Counted from the stretch's first letter, positions 9,969 to 20,826 are shown. The stretch is 64,000 bases of DNA from Candidatus Berkelbacteria bacterium (GCA_037142675.1 JBAXAF010000002.1:13300-77299); one strand, 5' to 3'. Program-made: numbers and translations. The notes: generated by a model not told the origin, from the letters alone.

Positions 9969-10721
9969 TCACTTTTCGCCGTCGACAAATTTTTTAATAC
10001 TTTCAATATTTGAAAAAAGATTTTGCGGGAAAACGATAGTAGAATTTTTTTCAACTGCAATCTCGGATAATACTTGCAGGTTACGCAACTGAAGTGCAAC
10101 AGGGTGCTTAGCAATGACATCTGCAGCTTTGCCTAGTTTATCAGCGGATAAATATTCACCTTCAGCAGCAATAATTTTTGCTCGTTTTTCTCGCTCGGCC
10201 TCGGCTTGTTTTGCCATTGCTCGTTGCATTGTGTCTGGAAGTTGAATATCTTTAATCTCAACTGTTCGAACAGCGACTCCCCAAGATTCAGTATGTGTGT
10301 CAATGATATCTTTAACTTTTTGATTAATTTTCACCGTTTCTGATAAAACTTCGTCGAGTGAGAATTGACCTACAATATTTCGAACGGTGGTTTGGGCAAT
10401 TTGGTTGACTGCCGAGTAAACGTTTTGAATTGCGACTAATGATTTGGTTGCATCAACTACTTGAAAATAAGCAACAGCAGCAACATCAATAGAAACGTTA
10501 TCTTTGGTGATAATTTTTTGGCTTGGTACCGGCATTGTAACAATTTGCATTGAAACCTTAACTAATCGGTCGATGATTGGGATAATTATTCGCCAGCCAG
10601 GATTTCGCTCGCCAATAACACGGCCCAAGCGAAAAACCACACCTTTTTCAAACTGCTGGACAACCCGCAAACCCAAAATTAACAAAATAAGAACAATAAT
10701 CCCAATAGTTTCATACGGCAT
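9969..10721 (-). CDS. SPFH/band-7 (stomatin/prohibitin-like) membrane protein
   Basis: N-terminal TM helix, band-7 core, C-terminal [17 protein letters not shown] coiled-coil typical of stomatin/HflC-like proteins. Confidence 0.75.
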   Translation of the reverse strand: MPYETIGIIVLILLILGLRVVQQFEKGVVFRLGRVIGERNPGWRIIIPIIDRLVKVSMQIVTMPVPSQKIITKDNVSIDVAAVAYFQVVDATKSLVAIQNVYSAVNQIAQTTVRNIVGQFSLDEVLSETVKINQKVKDIIDTHTESWGVAVRTVEIKDIQLPDTMQRAMAKQAEAEREKRAKIIAAEGEYLSADKLGKAADVIAKHPVALQLRNLQVLSEIAVEKNSTIVFPQNLFSNIESIKKFVDGEK

Positions 10722-10740
10722 AAGAGCTCCTTCTTATTTC

Positions 10741-10809
10741 TGTCATCCCGGACTTGTTTCGGGATCTCAACTTTTGGTTTCAAGATGCTGAAATAAATTC
10801 AGCATGACA
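10741..10809. repeat. hairpin element with TGTCAT/ATGACA termini (related to MITE-like family)
   Basis: TGTCATCCCGGACTTGTTTCGGGAT...TGCTGAAATAAATTCAGCATGACA; two stem-loops. Confidence 0.5.
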
Positions 10810-10880
10810 AATATTAATTAATTTCTAATTCAGAAAATACTCTTAGTTTAGAAAATGTCAATGGCAGAAAGGAAAAAATA

Positions 10881-11732
10881 TCATTTACCGGGTTTTACAA
10901 CCTCAATTTTTTTCTCACTCAAATCTGGATAAGGTTTTGGTAAAACACCAACTCGATACTCTTTGCCAATATATCTTTTAACTCGTTTTTGCAAAATTAA
11001 TGCATCTGGATAATACCGCAACAACCCAATAGATTCAAACGTTTTTGAGTACGGTTCAAAAATTCTTTCCTCTTCCTTCCAGGAAAGATCATCCAGCGAA
11101 TACAGTAGCGTAAGAACAAGAAACAAGGCAATAGACAAAAAGAGAATGACACCAATTGAAACTGCCGCTCCAGAGTTAACTGCAGTCAAACAAACAAAAA
11201 TAACCAAGGAAAGAAAGGCGGAAACCAGCCATTCAAAAGCAGAAAGTCTGTCGTCAATTAAACCAATGGTGCTTTTTCTACAACTAAGGATTTTAGTTAA
11301 ACTTGTAATCATTGATCCAAACATTGCCTTGGCCTGATTGCTTTCCGGCTCATATTTGGTAATGGTCTGAAATAAATCATCATATTGCTTTTGGGTTAAG
11401 TAGTAATCCCAAATTTTATAATCTAGAGTTGCCATTAAATACTTATCGAGGCTATCTGTAACTTTTTCGGAAAAATCTTTATCAATCGCTTTGGCGGAAC
11501 TATAAATTGATATGAGCTGAGACCTTTCTTCTGAATCATTTTCGCGGATTTTGTCGATTCTCATTCTGCGATCTGAAATTGAAAAGCTAATAAATATGCC
11601 AAATAGAAAAGTAGATACTCCAAGTATTGTGGCAAAAAACGTACTGTATCGATGCAAATCTGCATTCAGAGCAAAGACAATTATGACGATTAGCGCCACA
11701 ATGTAAAACATTGCTTTCGAAAAATTACTCAT
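10881..11732 (-). CDS. hypothetical membrane protein
   Basis: 283 aa, several TM helices. Confidence 0.4.
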   Translation of the reverse strand: MSNFSKAMFYIVALIVIIVFALNADLHRYSTFFATILGVSTFLFGIFISFSISDRRMRIDKIRENDSEERSQLISIYSSAKAIDKDFSEKVTDSLDKYLMATLDYKIWDYYLTQKQYDDLFQTITKYEPESNQAKAMFGSMITSLTKILSCRKSTIGLIDDRLSAFEWLVSAFLSLVIFVCLTAVNSGAAVSIGVILFLSIALFLVLTLLYSLDDLSWKEEERIFEPYSKTFESIGLLRYYPDALILQKRVKRYIGKEYRVGVLPKPYPDLSEKKIEVVKPGK

Positions 11733-11744
11733 ATTCCTCCTTAA

Positions 11745-12311
11745 TTATTTAATATAATCGTGTCCGCCCTGATCAAAACTTATCCAATTCAATGCTTCCT
11801 TAGCGATATTCAATTCAACTTCGCTCAATGGACGAGAAAAATCAGACAATTCTTCTTCATTAATCATGCCAATGCCTCTGCCATCTTCTCTGGTATAAAT
11901 TGTAGAGTGGACTGGTTGAGTCGCAATATCGATTTTCAAAACATTTTGAAGTTCTTCAAAAAAGGTTTCAATACCCTCTGCTTCGCACATAATTACGATA
12001 GTTTTTTTATCAGCTTCTTGAACCAACTTAATATCGTCCTTAAATCGAACAAACCTAACTGGTTTTTTTTCTAGAATTTTTCCAGATTCCTTTAATATTT
12101 CGGATTCGGCCTGCTCGAGAGTTATCTTTTTATTTTTAGACAGTGCTTCAACATAATTTTTAACCCCCAAAATACTCATGTGAAATTTATCTTTGGCATA
12201 TAATTTTTCGCCATCGATGTCCAACTTTGGTGCAATATTTAATGATGGAATATATAAAATAATGTAGCCCATTTTAAAGTCATATGATTTTGGTAAAAAT
12301 TCACTGCTCAT
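11745..12311 (-). CDS. hypothetical protein
   Basis: 188-aa ORF tightly spaced with neighbours. Confidence 0.35.
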   Translation of the reverse strand: MSSEFLPKSYDFKMGYIILYIPSLNIAPKLDIDGEKLYAKDKFHMSILGVKNYVEALSKNKKITLEQAESEILKESGKILEKKPVRFVRFKDDIKLVQEADKKTIVIMCEAEGIETFFEELQNVLKIDIATQPVHSTIYTREDGRGIGMINEEELSDFSRPLSEVELNIAKEALNWISFDQGGHDYIK

Positions 12312-12312
12312 T

Positions 12313-12894
12313 TTAGTTATTTGTTAAATTATATATTTGCTTTAAAACTTCTGGCAAATCCGTAATTCCATCTTCGGCAGCGATGTGGCCAGAATTTTTT
12401 AAAAGAATAATTTTTGCAACGAGTTTTTCTTCGAATATTGCAGCATCGGCAACTGGGACATACGGATCGTCTTCCGATTGAATGCAAACAACGTTTTTTG
12501 TATGATTTTTTATTTTCTCAAAATTAATTGGTGTTTCTAGCCAAGGCTTTGCAATTTCTTTAGTATATTCTTCGTCCCAAGTTTCGTCAGATAAGTGCAG
12601 CCAAGCGGCAACTAAAATAATTCCGCCAATTTTTGTATTTTCTGGAAGTTTTTCAACAAAACGCAAGATTGTTTGACAACCAATACTGTGCCCAACAAGG
12701 ATTGTATCTTCATCTATATTCCCAGCAGCATCTGCTAGCGCAGACACCCATGCATCAATTGTTGGGCGTAAAGTGTCTGGCATTGCCGGGACAATTACTT
12801 CTACGGAATTCGCTTCTAATTTTTCTTTCAGCCAGGGGAACCAATCACCAGAGGGATTTCCACCCCAACCATGAACAATAATTACTTTTTTCAT
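12313..12894 (-). CDS. alpha/beta-hydrolase fold serine hydrolase (RBBP9/YdeN-like)
   Basis: VHGWGGNP near N-terminus, nucleophile elbow GHSIGC, C-terminal His. Confidence 0.6.
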   Translation of the reverse strand: MKKVIIVHGWGGNPSGDWFPWLKEKLEANSVEVIVPAMPDTLRPTIDAWVSALADAAGNIDEDTILVGHSIGCQTILRFVEKLPENTKIGGIILVAAWLHLSDETWDEEYTKEIAKPWLETPINFEKIKNHTKNVVCIQSEDDPYVPVADAAIFEEKLVAKIILLKNSGHIAAEDGITDLPEVLKQIYNLTNN

Positions 12895-13109
12895 AATTAA
12901 ATTATATCACACCGCCAGACTTGAAATATTGTCTCTAATGAGTTATAATTTACTCATTGCGGGGTTCCACCTTCGGCGGATAAACTCCGTTCAGTTTCGT
13001 CCAAAGGATGATCAGCCTATGGCGGAGGTTAGAACGGTCGCCTCGGCGATAGGTCACAAAATGTATTATGTCTATGTATTAAATTGCTTGAAAAAAATCA
13101 ACTGGTTAT

Positions 13110-13186
13110 GGGGTCGTAGTTCAGTTGGTTAGAACGCCACACTGTCACTGTGGAGGTCGCCGGTTCGAGTCCGGTCGATCCCGCCA
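13110..13186 (+). tRNA. tRNA-Asp (anticodon GTC)
   Basis: GGGGTCGTAGTTCAGTTGGTTAGAACG CCACA CTGTCAC TGTGG AGGTC GCCGGTTCGAGTCCGGTCGATCCCGCCA. Confidence 0.85.
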
Positions 13187-13212
13187 GTTGATTTTTTTCA
13201 AAAGATATTGTC

Positions 13213-13231
13213 CGGTCGATCACGCCAGATA
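13213..13231 (+). repeat. partial direct repeat of tRNA-Asp 3' end (att-like scar)
   Basis: GTCCGGTCGATCACGCCAG versus tRNA 3' end GTCCGGTCGATCCCGCCAG (1 mismatch), 26 nt downstream of the tRNA; precedes a GC-rich islet. Confidence 0.5.
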
Positions 13232-13363
13232 AAAAGATGTCACTGAAAAGTGATATTTTTTTATCTGTAGAATTTTTGACCGGACGAGAACCGAGGATGG
13301 GATCACTGTGATAAAAAAATAAGCCCGCCTGAAATGGCGGACTTTCTGACCTGTTTGTGCGAA

Positions 13364-13837
13364 CTATACACACCCAATTGGCGGCTGATTCATCGCCACC
13401 CATTCGTCGTAGCACCGAGCCAGTTCTTCTTCTGGACCCAGATCAATTAGCCCTTCCCTTACCAAGTCCTCGTGGGTTATTCTGTCATCACGGATCCAAT
13501 CACCGGTGCTTTGACCTTCGTCTTCTTCGCAACACCGGGCGCTGAACCAGATGTATGCACCGCGGCCCTCCATTAGCTCGGACACATTCCCCATCAACCA
13601 TTCGGCTGCTTCCGGTTGCGATTGCACCAAAATGTTGATTGCCAGCCCTGAATTCACCCAGTAACCGATAAGGCGGGAAGGAGTGGGACGACCGTCTGGT
13701 GCGATGAACGCAAATTCACTAACTTCGGCAACACTTGGTCCGAAAGCCGGCAGTCTCAGCCCAACCCAGGCTTGTCTAATCCAGAGAAGATCATCAGGCC
13801 CAGGCGAGGATTCTTTTACTCTAATAAAGGTCAGCAT
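13364..13837 (-). CDS. hypothetical protein (GC-rich islet)
   Basis: 157-aa ORF in a ~1.8-kb high-GC segment following tRNA-Asp. Confidence 0.35.
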   Translation of the reverse strand: MLTFIRVKESSPGPDDLLWIRQAWVGLRLPAFGPSVAEVSEFAFIAPDGRPTPSRLIGYWVNSGLAINILVQSQPEAAEWLMGNVSELMEGRGAYIWFSARCCEEDEGQSTGDWIRDDRITHEDLVREGLIDLGPEEELARCYDEWVAMNQPPIGCV

Positions 13838-14035
13838 TTTGCCACCTTCGTGTCGTTGTTGTCTAACTAATATATATCAAATAAATATAATCAACGCTAT
13901 CTGGATGTAGTTCTAGTATTATCCGCTGTTTCCCGCCATTAATAATTAGCTCTTTGAGCTAATTTTTTGTTGACTAAGTCACTATTTTTTGATATAAAAT
14001 TATTACTGCAACACCGATAACACGGAGGAAACCCC

Positions 14036-14701
14036 ATGAGGACGTTTGTGCAGCCGTTGCCAGACGATGTTGACTACGCGATCAAGCTGTCGATGTACGT
14101 TGGCCGTTACTGTATTCCGACAAGTCTGGGACACCTGGACGAGGAGGACTACAGAATGCACCACCTGCCAGTTCTGGAGTACGACTGCATCGGCAGCGAC
14201 AGGCCTACGGAGGCCGAGCTGGTCATTCTCTCTGATGTAACGACCTGGAGGCGCTTGCTCGAGAAGGTTTGTCCCGAGCATAGCAACGCCCGGGCGAACA
14301 CCCATTACATCTGCCTGTCCCGCTTCAGAACCCTGGTCTTGCGCAAGTTCCGTAGCAGGTGGACTTGCCGTCGGTCGCTCCTCGAACCCACTGTCGAAGC
14401 ACCGACACTCGATGAGCTGATCGACATGATCTGCAAATACCCCGACTTGCTTGTCGGGAGCAACTTCTTCGAGGTTCACATCGAGGATGCCCCTCCGGCA
14501 GCGCAGGTCGAGGAGAAGTGGTGCTGCGGGTCTAAGGACTGCCAGCATTTCGAGCTCTGCACCGAATGTGTCGGCGAAGTGCCGACCGACAAGCTGATGT
14601 GCGCCAATTGTGGCGCAGTCTACGCCCCCGACGGTCAGGGTGGCTGCGTTGCCGCCATCCCGACTACGGGCGGCCAGTGTTGCCTCAAGGCCACCCGGTA
14701 G
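14036..14701 (+). CDS. hypothetical Cys-rich protein (GC-rich islet)
   Basis: 221-aa ORF with many Cys (CCGSKDCQHFELCTECVGE...CANCG...QCC); followed by hairpin+T-run terminator at ~14736-14768. Confidence 0.4.
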   Translation: MRTFVQPLPDDVDYAIKLSMYVGRYCIPTSLGHLDEEDYRMHHLPVLEYDCIGSDRPTEAELVILSDVTTWRRLLEKVCPEHSNARANTHYICLSRFRTLVLRKFRSRWTCRRSLLEPTVEAPTLDELIDMICKYPDLLVGSNFFEVHIEDAPPAAQVEEKWCCGSKDCQHFELCTECVGEVPTDKLMCANCGAVYAPDGQGGCVAAIPTTGGQCCLKATR

Positions 14702-15305
14702 ACTGGTCCCCGCCAATTCGCCAGCTCAAGACGTACGCTTGACCCACCCCGGTCAAGCGTTTTTTATTAAAAAAATCCCCTCGTCTTGCACTCCGCAAGG
14801 CGAGGGGTCTGTTCTGTGCTGCTTTCCACTCCGGCTCGCAGCGGGTTTCCAGCTATTTCTTGCGACCGACAGTCACTGATTCTTCGACAGCAGTGTCAAG
14901 CCGCCACTCCTTTGGCAGCGTAACAGTTACGCAAGTCGCTCCCCCCGGACTTGATATGACCATCAGCGATTCGAACCACCTCTGCCCCATCGCGTCGAGC
15001 CGCCGCCGCACATAGCTGGCTATGGAGCAACAGAAACCGTACGTAATTCGGATCGCTAACCATAATTGCGGTTCTCCCATTCTGTATTCCAGCTGGCTTA
15101 GAAAAATCAGCTAGAAGCAGAACAAAAAAACTGGCCTTTAGCCAGAACTTTTTACAATACTATTTTTTTATTAATTCACGAAAAATTCTGGCTTAGGTCA
15201 GTTCCTTAAAAAACCAATAATTTTGCGCAACTTGTTTCATTGATTTGATATTAACAAATAGTTTCTGGGCTGTCAAATTCAGCCATTTTCTGCTAATATT
15301 GCTGC

Positions 15306-16217
15306 ATGGAATTCAAACATCAGCCGGTGCTGCTCCAAGAAGTTTTGGAATATCTGCCATTCAAAAATGGTGGTATTTTTGTTGATGGAACTTTGGGTGG
15401 AGGCGGACATACTCGAGCTCTGCTCGAGAAGTTGCAAGTTGCAAGTAACAAGTTGCAAGTAATTGGAATTGATCAAGACCTAGAGGCGATTTTTGCCGCT
15501 AAAAAAAATCTAAAAGAATTTTCTGACCAGGTTGAATTTGTCCACGATAATTATTTAAATCTAGCGGAAATTCTAAAATCAAAAGGAATTGAGAAAGTTG
15601 ACGGAATTCTTTTGGATCTTGGAGTTTCTAGCTATCAACTGGACAACAAAGATCGCGGCTTTTCTTTTCTGACTGACGCGTCGCTAGACATGCGAATGAA
15701 TCAATCAGATACGGAATCAGCCGCAGATATTATTAATAACTACAGCGAGGAAGATTTGGCCGGGATTTTCTATGATTGGGGAGAAGAACGCAATAGTCGA
15801 AAAATTGCTAAAAATATTGCCGAGGCTCGCAAGACCGAGAAAATTGAAACAACCAATCAACTGTCAAAAATTGTTGAACAATCATTTCCAGCCAGTTATA
15901 AAAATAAGTATAAAATCCACCCAGCCACACGAGTTTTTCAAGCACTCCGAATTGAAACTAATAATGAGTTAAATATTCTCAAAGAATTTATACCACAAGC
16001 AGCTGAGCTTTTGGCTGACGGTGGTCGGCTATTGATCATTTCTTTTCATTCGTTAGAGGATGGAATCGCCAAACATGCATTTCGCGAATTAGAACAAAAA
16101 TTTCCCAAAAAATTCAAAGTCTTAACAAAAAAACCACTGACTGCGACAGAAAATGAGATTCGAGAAAATCTTCGCTCCCGCAGCGCCAAGTTAAGAGTAC
16201 TTGAGAAATTGAATTAA
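15306..16217 (+). CDS. rsmH: 16S rRNA (cytosine1402-N4)-methyltransferase
   Basis: MraW/RsmH N-terminus (QPVLLQEVLEYL...DGTLGGGGHT), SAM-MTase motifs, full length 303 aa. Confidence 0.85.
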   Translation: MEFKHQPVLLQEVLEYLPFKNGGIFVDGTLGGGGHTRALLEKLQVASNKLQVIGIDQDLEAIFAAKKNLKEFSDQVEFVHDNYLNLAEILKSKGIEKVDGILLDLGVSSYQLDNKDRGFSFLTDASLDMRMNQSDTESAADIINNYSEEDLAGIFYDWGEERNSRKIAKNIAEARKTEKIETTNQLSKIVEQSFPASYKNKYKIHPATRVFQALRIETNNELNILKEFIPQAAELLADGGRLLIISFHSLEDGIAKHAFRELEQKFPKKFKVLTKKPLTATENEIRENLRSRSAKLRVLEKLN

Positions 16218-16284
16218 GAATAATGAAGCAGGAATTATGGATTCCAAACCCATTATTCACAATTCTTACTTCATAATTCCAACC

Positions 16285-16905
16285 CTAGTTCCACCAATGA
16301 TGTTTTTTGGACTCGGACTCGCGGAGTTTTTCCCAAAGCTCGCGCTGCTCTTTGGTAATGTGCCGTGGCAATTCTATCCGCACTGTCAAAATTAGGTCGC
16401 CACGTCCACCCTTATGAGATTTGCCCTTTCCAGGAAATCTAAATGATTGACCGTCTTGAACTCCGGCAGGTATGTCAAAATTAATTTTTTCATCACCAAT
16501 TGTTGCTTCTAATTTGTCCCCGAGAACAGCTTGAGCCGGGGTAATTCGAATTTCGGCTTGAACTTGAGAGAATGCTTGGCCAAAAAAATTCTCGAAAATA
16601 TCACCAAAACCGCCAAAGTCGAATTCCATTCCTTCAAAGCCACCGCCTTGAAAACCACCAAAACCACCCTGTTGACCACCGGCCGCTGAAAAATCTGTTC
16701 GGCCGAATTGATCGTACTGCGAACGTTTTTGCGGGTCGGACAGAACCTGGTAAGCCTCACTGACCTCATTGAATTTTTTGTGATCGGATTCTGTGCCGCC
16801 GCGATCTGGATGGTACTGCAAAGCTAGCTTTCGGTAAGCTTTTTTAATTTCTTCTATTGTGGCGCCTTTCTCGACGCCGAGTGTTTTATAATAATCGTTT
16901 GCCAT
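16285..16905 (-). CDS. J-domain co-chaperone (DnaJ/CbpA-like, lacks Zn-finger repeat)
   Basis: N-terminal J domain with HPD (YHPDRG), Gly/Phe-rich linker, no CxxCxGxG repeats. Confidence 0.75.
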   Translation of the reverse strand: MANDYYKTLGVEKGATIEEIKKAYRKLALQYHPDRGGTESDHKKFNEVSEAYQVLSDPQKRSQYDQFGRTDFSAAGGQQGGFGGFQGGGFEGMEFDFGGFGDIFENFFGQAFSQVQAEIRITPAQAVLGDKLEATIGDEKINFDIPAGVQDGQSFRFPGKGKSHKGGRGDLILTVRIELPRHITKEQRELWEKLRESESKKHHWWN

Positions 16906-17043
16906 AATAAAAAAAGAAATCGGTCCGAAGGCTAAGAAACCAGTTTGGAAATAAAGTTAGAGGTAGAAATTTGACATAGGTCTAACTTCCAGCCTCCACT
17001 TTTTACTACCAAACTGGCATCCTAACACAAAACCAAACTTCTA

Positions 17044-17724
17044 CTAATTTGAACTGTCGGTTACCAACGCGCCCGTAGAGGCGTCAACTTTGAATTGTTT
17101 TTGATTGGCGGACGCATCATATTCGACAAACCAGTATAGCCAGTTATTTGGATCGGCATTTTTCAAAATCAATTTAGCGGCAGTTAATGTACCAGCTTCG
17201 CGAAAAATCTTGCCTTCGCCTTTTTCGGCTGACTGAAGCGCTGCGACATAATTCTTTTTCAAATTGCTACGATTTATGGCAGTCACGCCTGTCATATAGT
17301 CTGCCTTCGACGTCCACGACCGAACAAATTTGCTGTCAGCGTTTGAAATCCCAATTACCCAATTATTATTTTTATCGCCGGTTGTGGTGTAGATAAAGTA
17401 GCTGATGCCAGAACCACGTTCCAGTGACCCCGGAAGGTCAACTTCTATTGCTGAAAGCACCAGTTTTTTGTCAACTTCGGCAGCTTTGGTGTCGGCTAAA
17501 GTCAATTGAGCATTTATAGCATCATTCACTACTGCCGAATCAATGTTTGTCAGATTGCTAATATCAGCCGTTGTGTCCGTGGTAGTTGTAGTCGCTGCAG
17601 TGGAAGTGGTGGTGGTTGCTGCTGTTTGACTTTTGCGATTCGAAACATAAGCCCAAATCCCAGCGACGATTAGCGCTGCTGCCATAATAATCAGAAAGAT
17701 TGGTTTTCGAAAAAAATCAAACAC
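17044..17724 (-). CDS. membrane-anchored hypothetical protein with Thr-rich linker
   Basis: signal-anchor helix then TTTTSTAATTTTTDTT low-complexity linker. Confidence 0.4.
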   Translation of the reverse strand: MFDFFRKPIFLIIMAAALIVAGIWAYVSNRKSQTAATTTTSTAATTTTTDTTADISNLTNIDSAVVNDAINAQLTLADTKAAEVDKKLVLSAIEVDLPGSLERGSGISYFIYTTTGDKNNNWVIGISNADSKFVRSWTSKADYMTGVTAINRSNLKKNYVAALQSAEKGEGKIFREAGTLTAAKLILKNADPNNWLYWFVEYDASANQKQFKVDASTGALVTDSSN

Positions 17725-17869
17725 TTTACCGCCTCCTTTGATACAATTCTATCAACAATTTTTTAAAGGTGCAATATGGATCAAATTGATCTAATTACTA
17801 ATTAACCTAATTGTTCTAAATTTTGGATATTAGAATTTTGGTAATTTTTTAGAAATTAGATATTAGAAA

Positions 17870-19771
17870 TTAGGATTTACCAGGCTCTTCTGTTTTTTTA
17901 GCATCTGGTTCTTCGGTACTCTCAGACTCCGTATCACTGCTAGTCCCTGATGGCTGTTCAGCCTGGCCGGCTTGTTGGTACATTGACGCGCCAAGCTCCT
18001 GCAAAGATGTTGACAACGCTTCGGTGGCATTTTTAATCACTTCAGAATTTTCCTCGGCCATAACATCACGCACCGCCTTAACTTTTTCTTCGACTTCGGT
18101 TTTCTTATTTGAGTCAACTTTGTCACCAGCGTCCTTCAGGGTTTTTTCAGCGGTATATACTAAGTTTTCAGCTTGGTTTTTAGCCTCAATCAACTCTTTC
18201 TTTTTCTTGTCTTCATCGGCGTGGACCTCAGCATCTTTTTTCATCTTTTCAATTTCCTCATCTGACAGGCCAGACGATGCCGTGATAGTAATTTTCTGTT
18301 CTTTGCCAGTGGCTTTGTCTTTGGCTGAAACATTCACAATGCCGTTGGCATCAATGTCAAAGGAGACCTCAACTTGTGGAACGCCGCGAGGTGAAGGTGG
18401 GATACCATCAAGAATGAAACGACCCAAGGTTTTATTATCATTGGCCATTTCTCTCTCGCCTTGTAGAACATGGATGTCAACCTGGGTTTGATTGTCAGCC
18501 GCAGTCGAGAAGACTTGTGATTTTGACGTTGGGATAGTGGTGTTGCGTTCAATAAGTTTGGTATTAACGCCACCCAAGGTCTCAATTCCGAGGGAAAGCG
18601 GAGTGACATCCAAAAGCAAAAGATCTTTAACTTCGCCGCCAAGAACCCCACCTTGAATTGCAGCACCAATAGCAACAGCTTCGTCCGGATTAACTGAGTG
18701 GTTTGGCTCCTTGCCGAAGAATTTTTTTACGGCCTCAAGAACTGCCGGCATTCTGGTTTGCCCACCAACTAATACAATTTCGTCAATGTCTTTGGCTTCG
18801 AGTTTAGCATCATTCAAAACTTTTTCACATGGTTTTAGAGATTTTTCAATCAAGCCGGATACTAACTGTTCAAGCTTAGCCCGAGAAAGATTGATGGCCA
18901 AATGTTTCGGGCCAGAAGCGTCAGCAGTCACAAACGGCAAGTTAATTTCAGTTTCATTTGAACTAGAGAGTTCAATTTTTGCTTTTTCGGCTGCTTCCTT
19001 TACTCGCTGAATGGCCGCTTTGTCATTATGTAAATCGACTCCCTGATCTTTTTTGAATTCATCGATAATATAATCCATAATTATTTGGTCGAAGTCATCA
19101 CCGCCTAAGTGAGTGTCACCATTTGTAGCTTTTACCTCAAAGACACCATCACCAAGTTCCAAAATTGTAATATCAAAAGTTCCACCGCCCAAATCGTAGA
19201 CGGCAATTTTTTCGCTCTTATTTTTATCAAGTCCGTAGGCCAGCGCAGCAGCGGTTGGTTCATTAATTATACGTTTAACTTCAAGACCTGCGATTTTCCC
19301 AGCGTCGGTAGTTGCTTGACGCTGAGAATCACTGAAGTATGCCGGGACAGTAATAACCGCTTCGGTAACTTTTTCTCCAAGATATGTTTCAGCATCAGTT
19401 TTCAATTTTTGTAAGGTAAATGCTGAAATTTCTTGCGGCGAATATTCTTTACCGTTCATCACAACCCGAATAGAACCGTCAGCAGCTTTTTTTGTGCTGT
19501 ATGGCATCTTTTTAATATCGTCTTGAGTTTCCTTATCCTCAAATTTTCGGCCAATGAAACGCTTAACAGAAAAAATAGTATTCTCTGAATTAGTAACGGC
19601 TTGACGTTTAGCCAGCTGGCCGACTAGTCTTTCCCCTTTTTTGTTTTCCGCAACAACAGATGGACAAGTTCTGCCACCTTCTGAGGTTGAAATAATTTTT
19701 GCCTCGCCACCTTCCATTACAGCAACGGCTGAGTTTGTGGTGCCAAGGTCAATTCCGATAATTTTTCCCAT
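17870..19771 (-). CDS. dnaK: molecular chaperone DnaK (Hsp70)
   Basis: canonical Hsp70 motifs ([18 protein letters not shown], ...); 633 aa. Confidence 0.97.
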   Translation of the reverse strand: MGKIIGIDLGTTNSAVAVMEGGEAKIISTSEGGRTCPSVVAENKKGERLVGQLAKRQAVTNSENTIFSVKRFIGRKFEDKETQDDIKKMPYSTKKAADGSIRVVMNGKEYSPQEISAFTLQKLKTDAETYLGEKVTEAVITVPAYFSDSQRQATTDAGKIAGLEVKRIINEPTAAALAYGLDKNKSEKIAVYDLGGGTFDITILELGDGVFEVKATNGDTHLGGDDFDQIIMDYIIDEFKKDQGVDLHNDKAAIQRVKEAAEKAKIELSSSNETEINLPFVTADASGPKHLAINLSRAKLEQLVSGLIEKSLKPCEKVLNDAKLEAKDIDEIVLVGGQTRMPAVLEAVKKFFGKEPNHSVNPDEAVAIGAAIQGGVLGGEVKDLLLLDVTPLSLGIETLGGVNTKLIERNTTIPTSKSQVFSTAADNQTQVDIHVLQGEREMANDNKTLGRFILDGIPPSPRGVPQVEVSFDIDANGIVNVSAKDKATGKEQKITITASSGLSDEEIEKMKKDAEVHADEDKKKKELIEAKNQAENLVYTAEKTLKDAGDKVDSNKKTEVEEKVKAVRDVMAEENSEVIKNATEALSTSLQELGASMYQQAGQAEQPSGTSSDTESESTEEPDAKKTEEPGKS

Positions 19772-19904
19772 GCTATCTCCTTATTTAGTTTTTCTTTCTA
19801 ATAGATCGGAGCCAGATTTCATCGCGGAACCCCAGTACCAGAACAAGTTCGGTGCGGGGCAGGTTGTGGTGACCCAGCGATGATTATTTCCAGCTCCTGT
19901 ATAT

Positions 19905-19926
19905 AATGTAAAGTTTCCTTTACATT
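19905..19926. promoter_or_regulatory. perfect palindrome overlapping the putative dnaK promoter (candidate heat-shock operator, not CIRCE/HAIR)
   Basis: AATGTAAAG-TTTCC-CTTTACATT between a TTGACA-like -35 (minus strand) and an A/T-rich -10. Confidence 0.4.
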
Positions 19927-20217
19927 TTGTCAATACCTTTTAGGCCAAAACGCGACCAAAAAATAAATTACATATAATAGTAAATGATAATTTCTCTTTT
20001 GCAGTAAAAAAGATCGGGCAATGTCAACAACGACATCGCCCGTTACACTGATTCGGAGCCAGTCCATTCCCAGATATTGGCGTTTCGGGCGCGCAGAGGA
20101 TCACCCAGCTCTAATCCGACCTCAAATCGTGCGCGTCTGGAGGGTTACTGCTGGTAGCACCTTTTGGTCATGCCAAATCGGCAACCTCCGAATCTAAGGT
20201 ATTTATATCAAGAAAGA

Positions 20218-20245
20218 AAAAAGCAGACAACCGGGGCTGTCTGCC
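20218..20245 (-). terminator. rho-independent terminator downstream of tRNA-Glu
   Basis: GCAGACAGCCCCGGTTGTCTGC hairpin followed by U-run on minus strand. Confidence 0.55.
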
Positions 20246-20258
20246 GAACGAAAAGTGC

Positions 20259-20335
20259 TGGTGCACGGGGCCAGATTCGAACTGGCGACATCTTCCTTGA
20301 GAAGGAAACGCTCTAACCAGCTGAGCTACCCATGC
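20259..20335 (-). tRNA. tRNA-Glu (anticodon CTC)
   Basis: reverse complement GCATGGGTAGCTCAGCTGGTTAGAGCG TTTCC TTCTCAA GGAAG ATGTC GCCAGTTCGAATCTGGCCCCGTGCACCA. Confidence 0.8.
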
Positions 20336-20539
20336 ACCGCGGACGATCAAGTTGCCAGGTGATCGCCCAGGCCTGTCGCTGGCTCAGGGGTGTGACCAGC
20401 AGAAGAATCTGGCGGGACGCTGAGCGCCCCAATTGCCAAGCAAAGCTTGGCGGACTGGATGCACTTCCCTTCGAACACCTTTTAGCCTGGCTTGACCAAT
20501 TAAGGCAGGCTTTCGAAGAGAACGACAGTCCTGATTGCT

Positions 20540-20764
20540 CTAAACAATATCTAAAGACTTAATCTTTAGCACTTTTGCAATACTTTGAAGCTTATCAATC
20601 GAAAGATTAACTTCACCACGTTCGATCTGAGCGTAATAGCTAGCATTGAGGTCTGCTTTTTCAGCCACCTCTGCCTGGGTAAGTCGAGCTTTTTCTCTAG
20701 CCTTTCTGACTTTATCACCCAATCTTTTCCGAGTTGTTTCGTTATTATCGCTCATGATGTTCAT
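20540..20764 (-). CDS. XRE-family helix-turn-helix transcriptional regulator
   Basis: 74 aa; LTQAEVAEKADLNASYYAQIERGEVNLSIDKL is a Cro/C1-type HTH. Confidence 0.8.
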   Translation of the reverse strand: MNIMSDNNETTRKRLGDKVRKAREKARLTQAEVAEKADLNASYYAQIERGEVNLSIDKLQSIAKVLKIKSLDIV

Positions 20765-20826
20765 ATACTAACAAAAAACTATCGAAATATCCATAAGTAA
20801 TTAAAAATATAATCAAAAGGAGGAAT

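Noticed and set aside
18024-19414. Several 100-155-aa ORFs antisense to dnaK
   Set aside because: Embedded in a highly conserved gene on the opposite strand; typical antisense artefacts
19780-20170. GC-rich stretch upstream of dnaK considered as tmRNA/RNase P/SRP RNA
   Set aside because: None of the diagnostic motifs (tRNA-like T-arm plus CCA end, GGAAAGTCCGGGC, GTAAGAGCGCACC, GGTCCGGAAGGAAGCAGC) are present; retained only as a possible 5' leader
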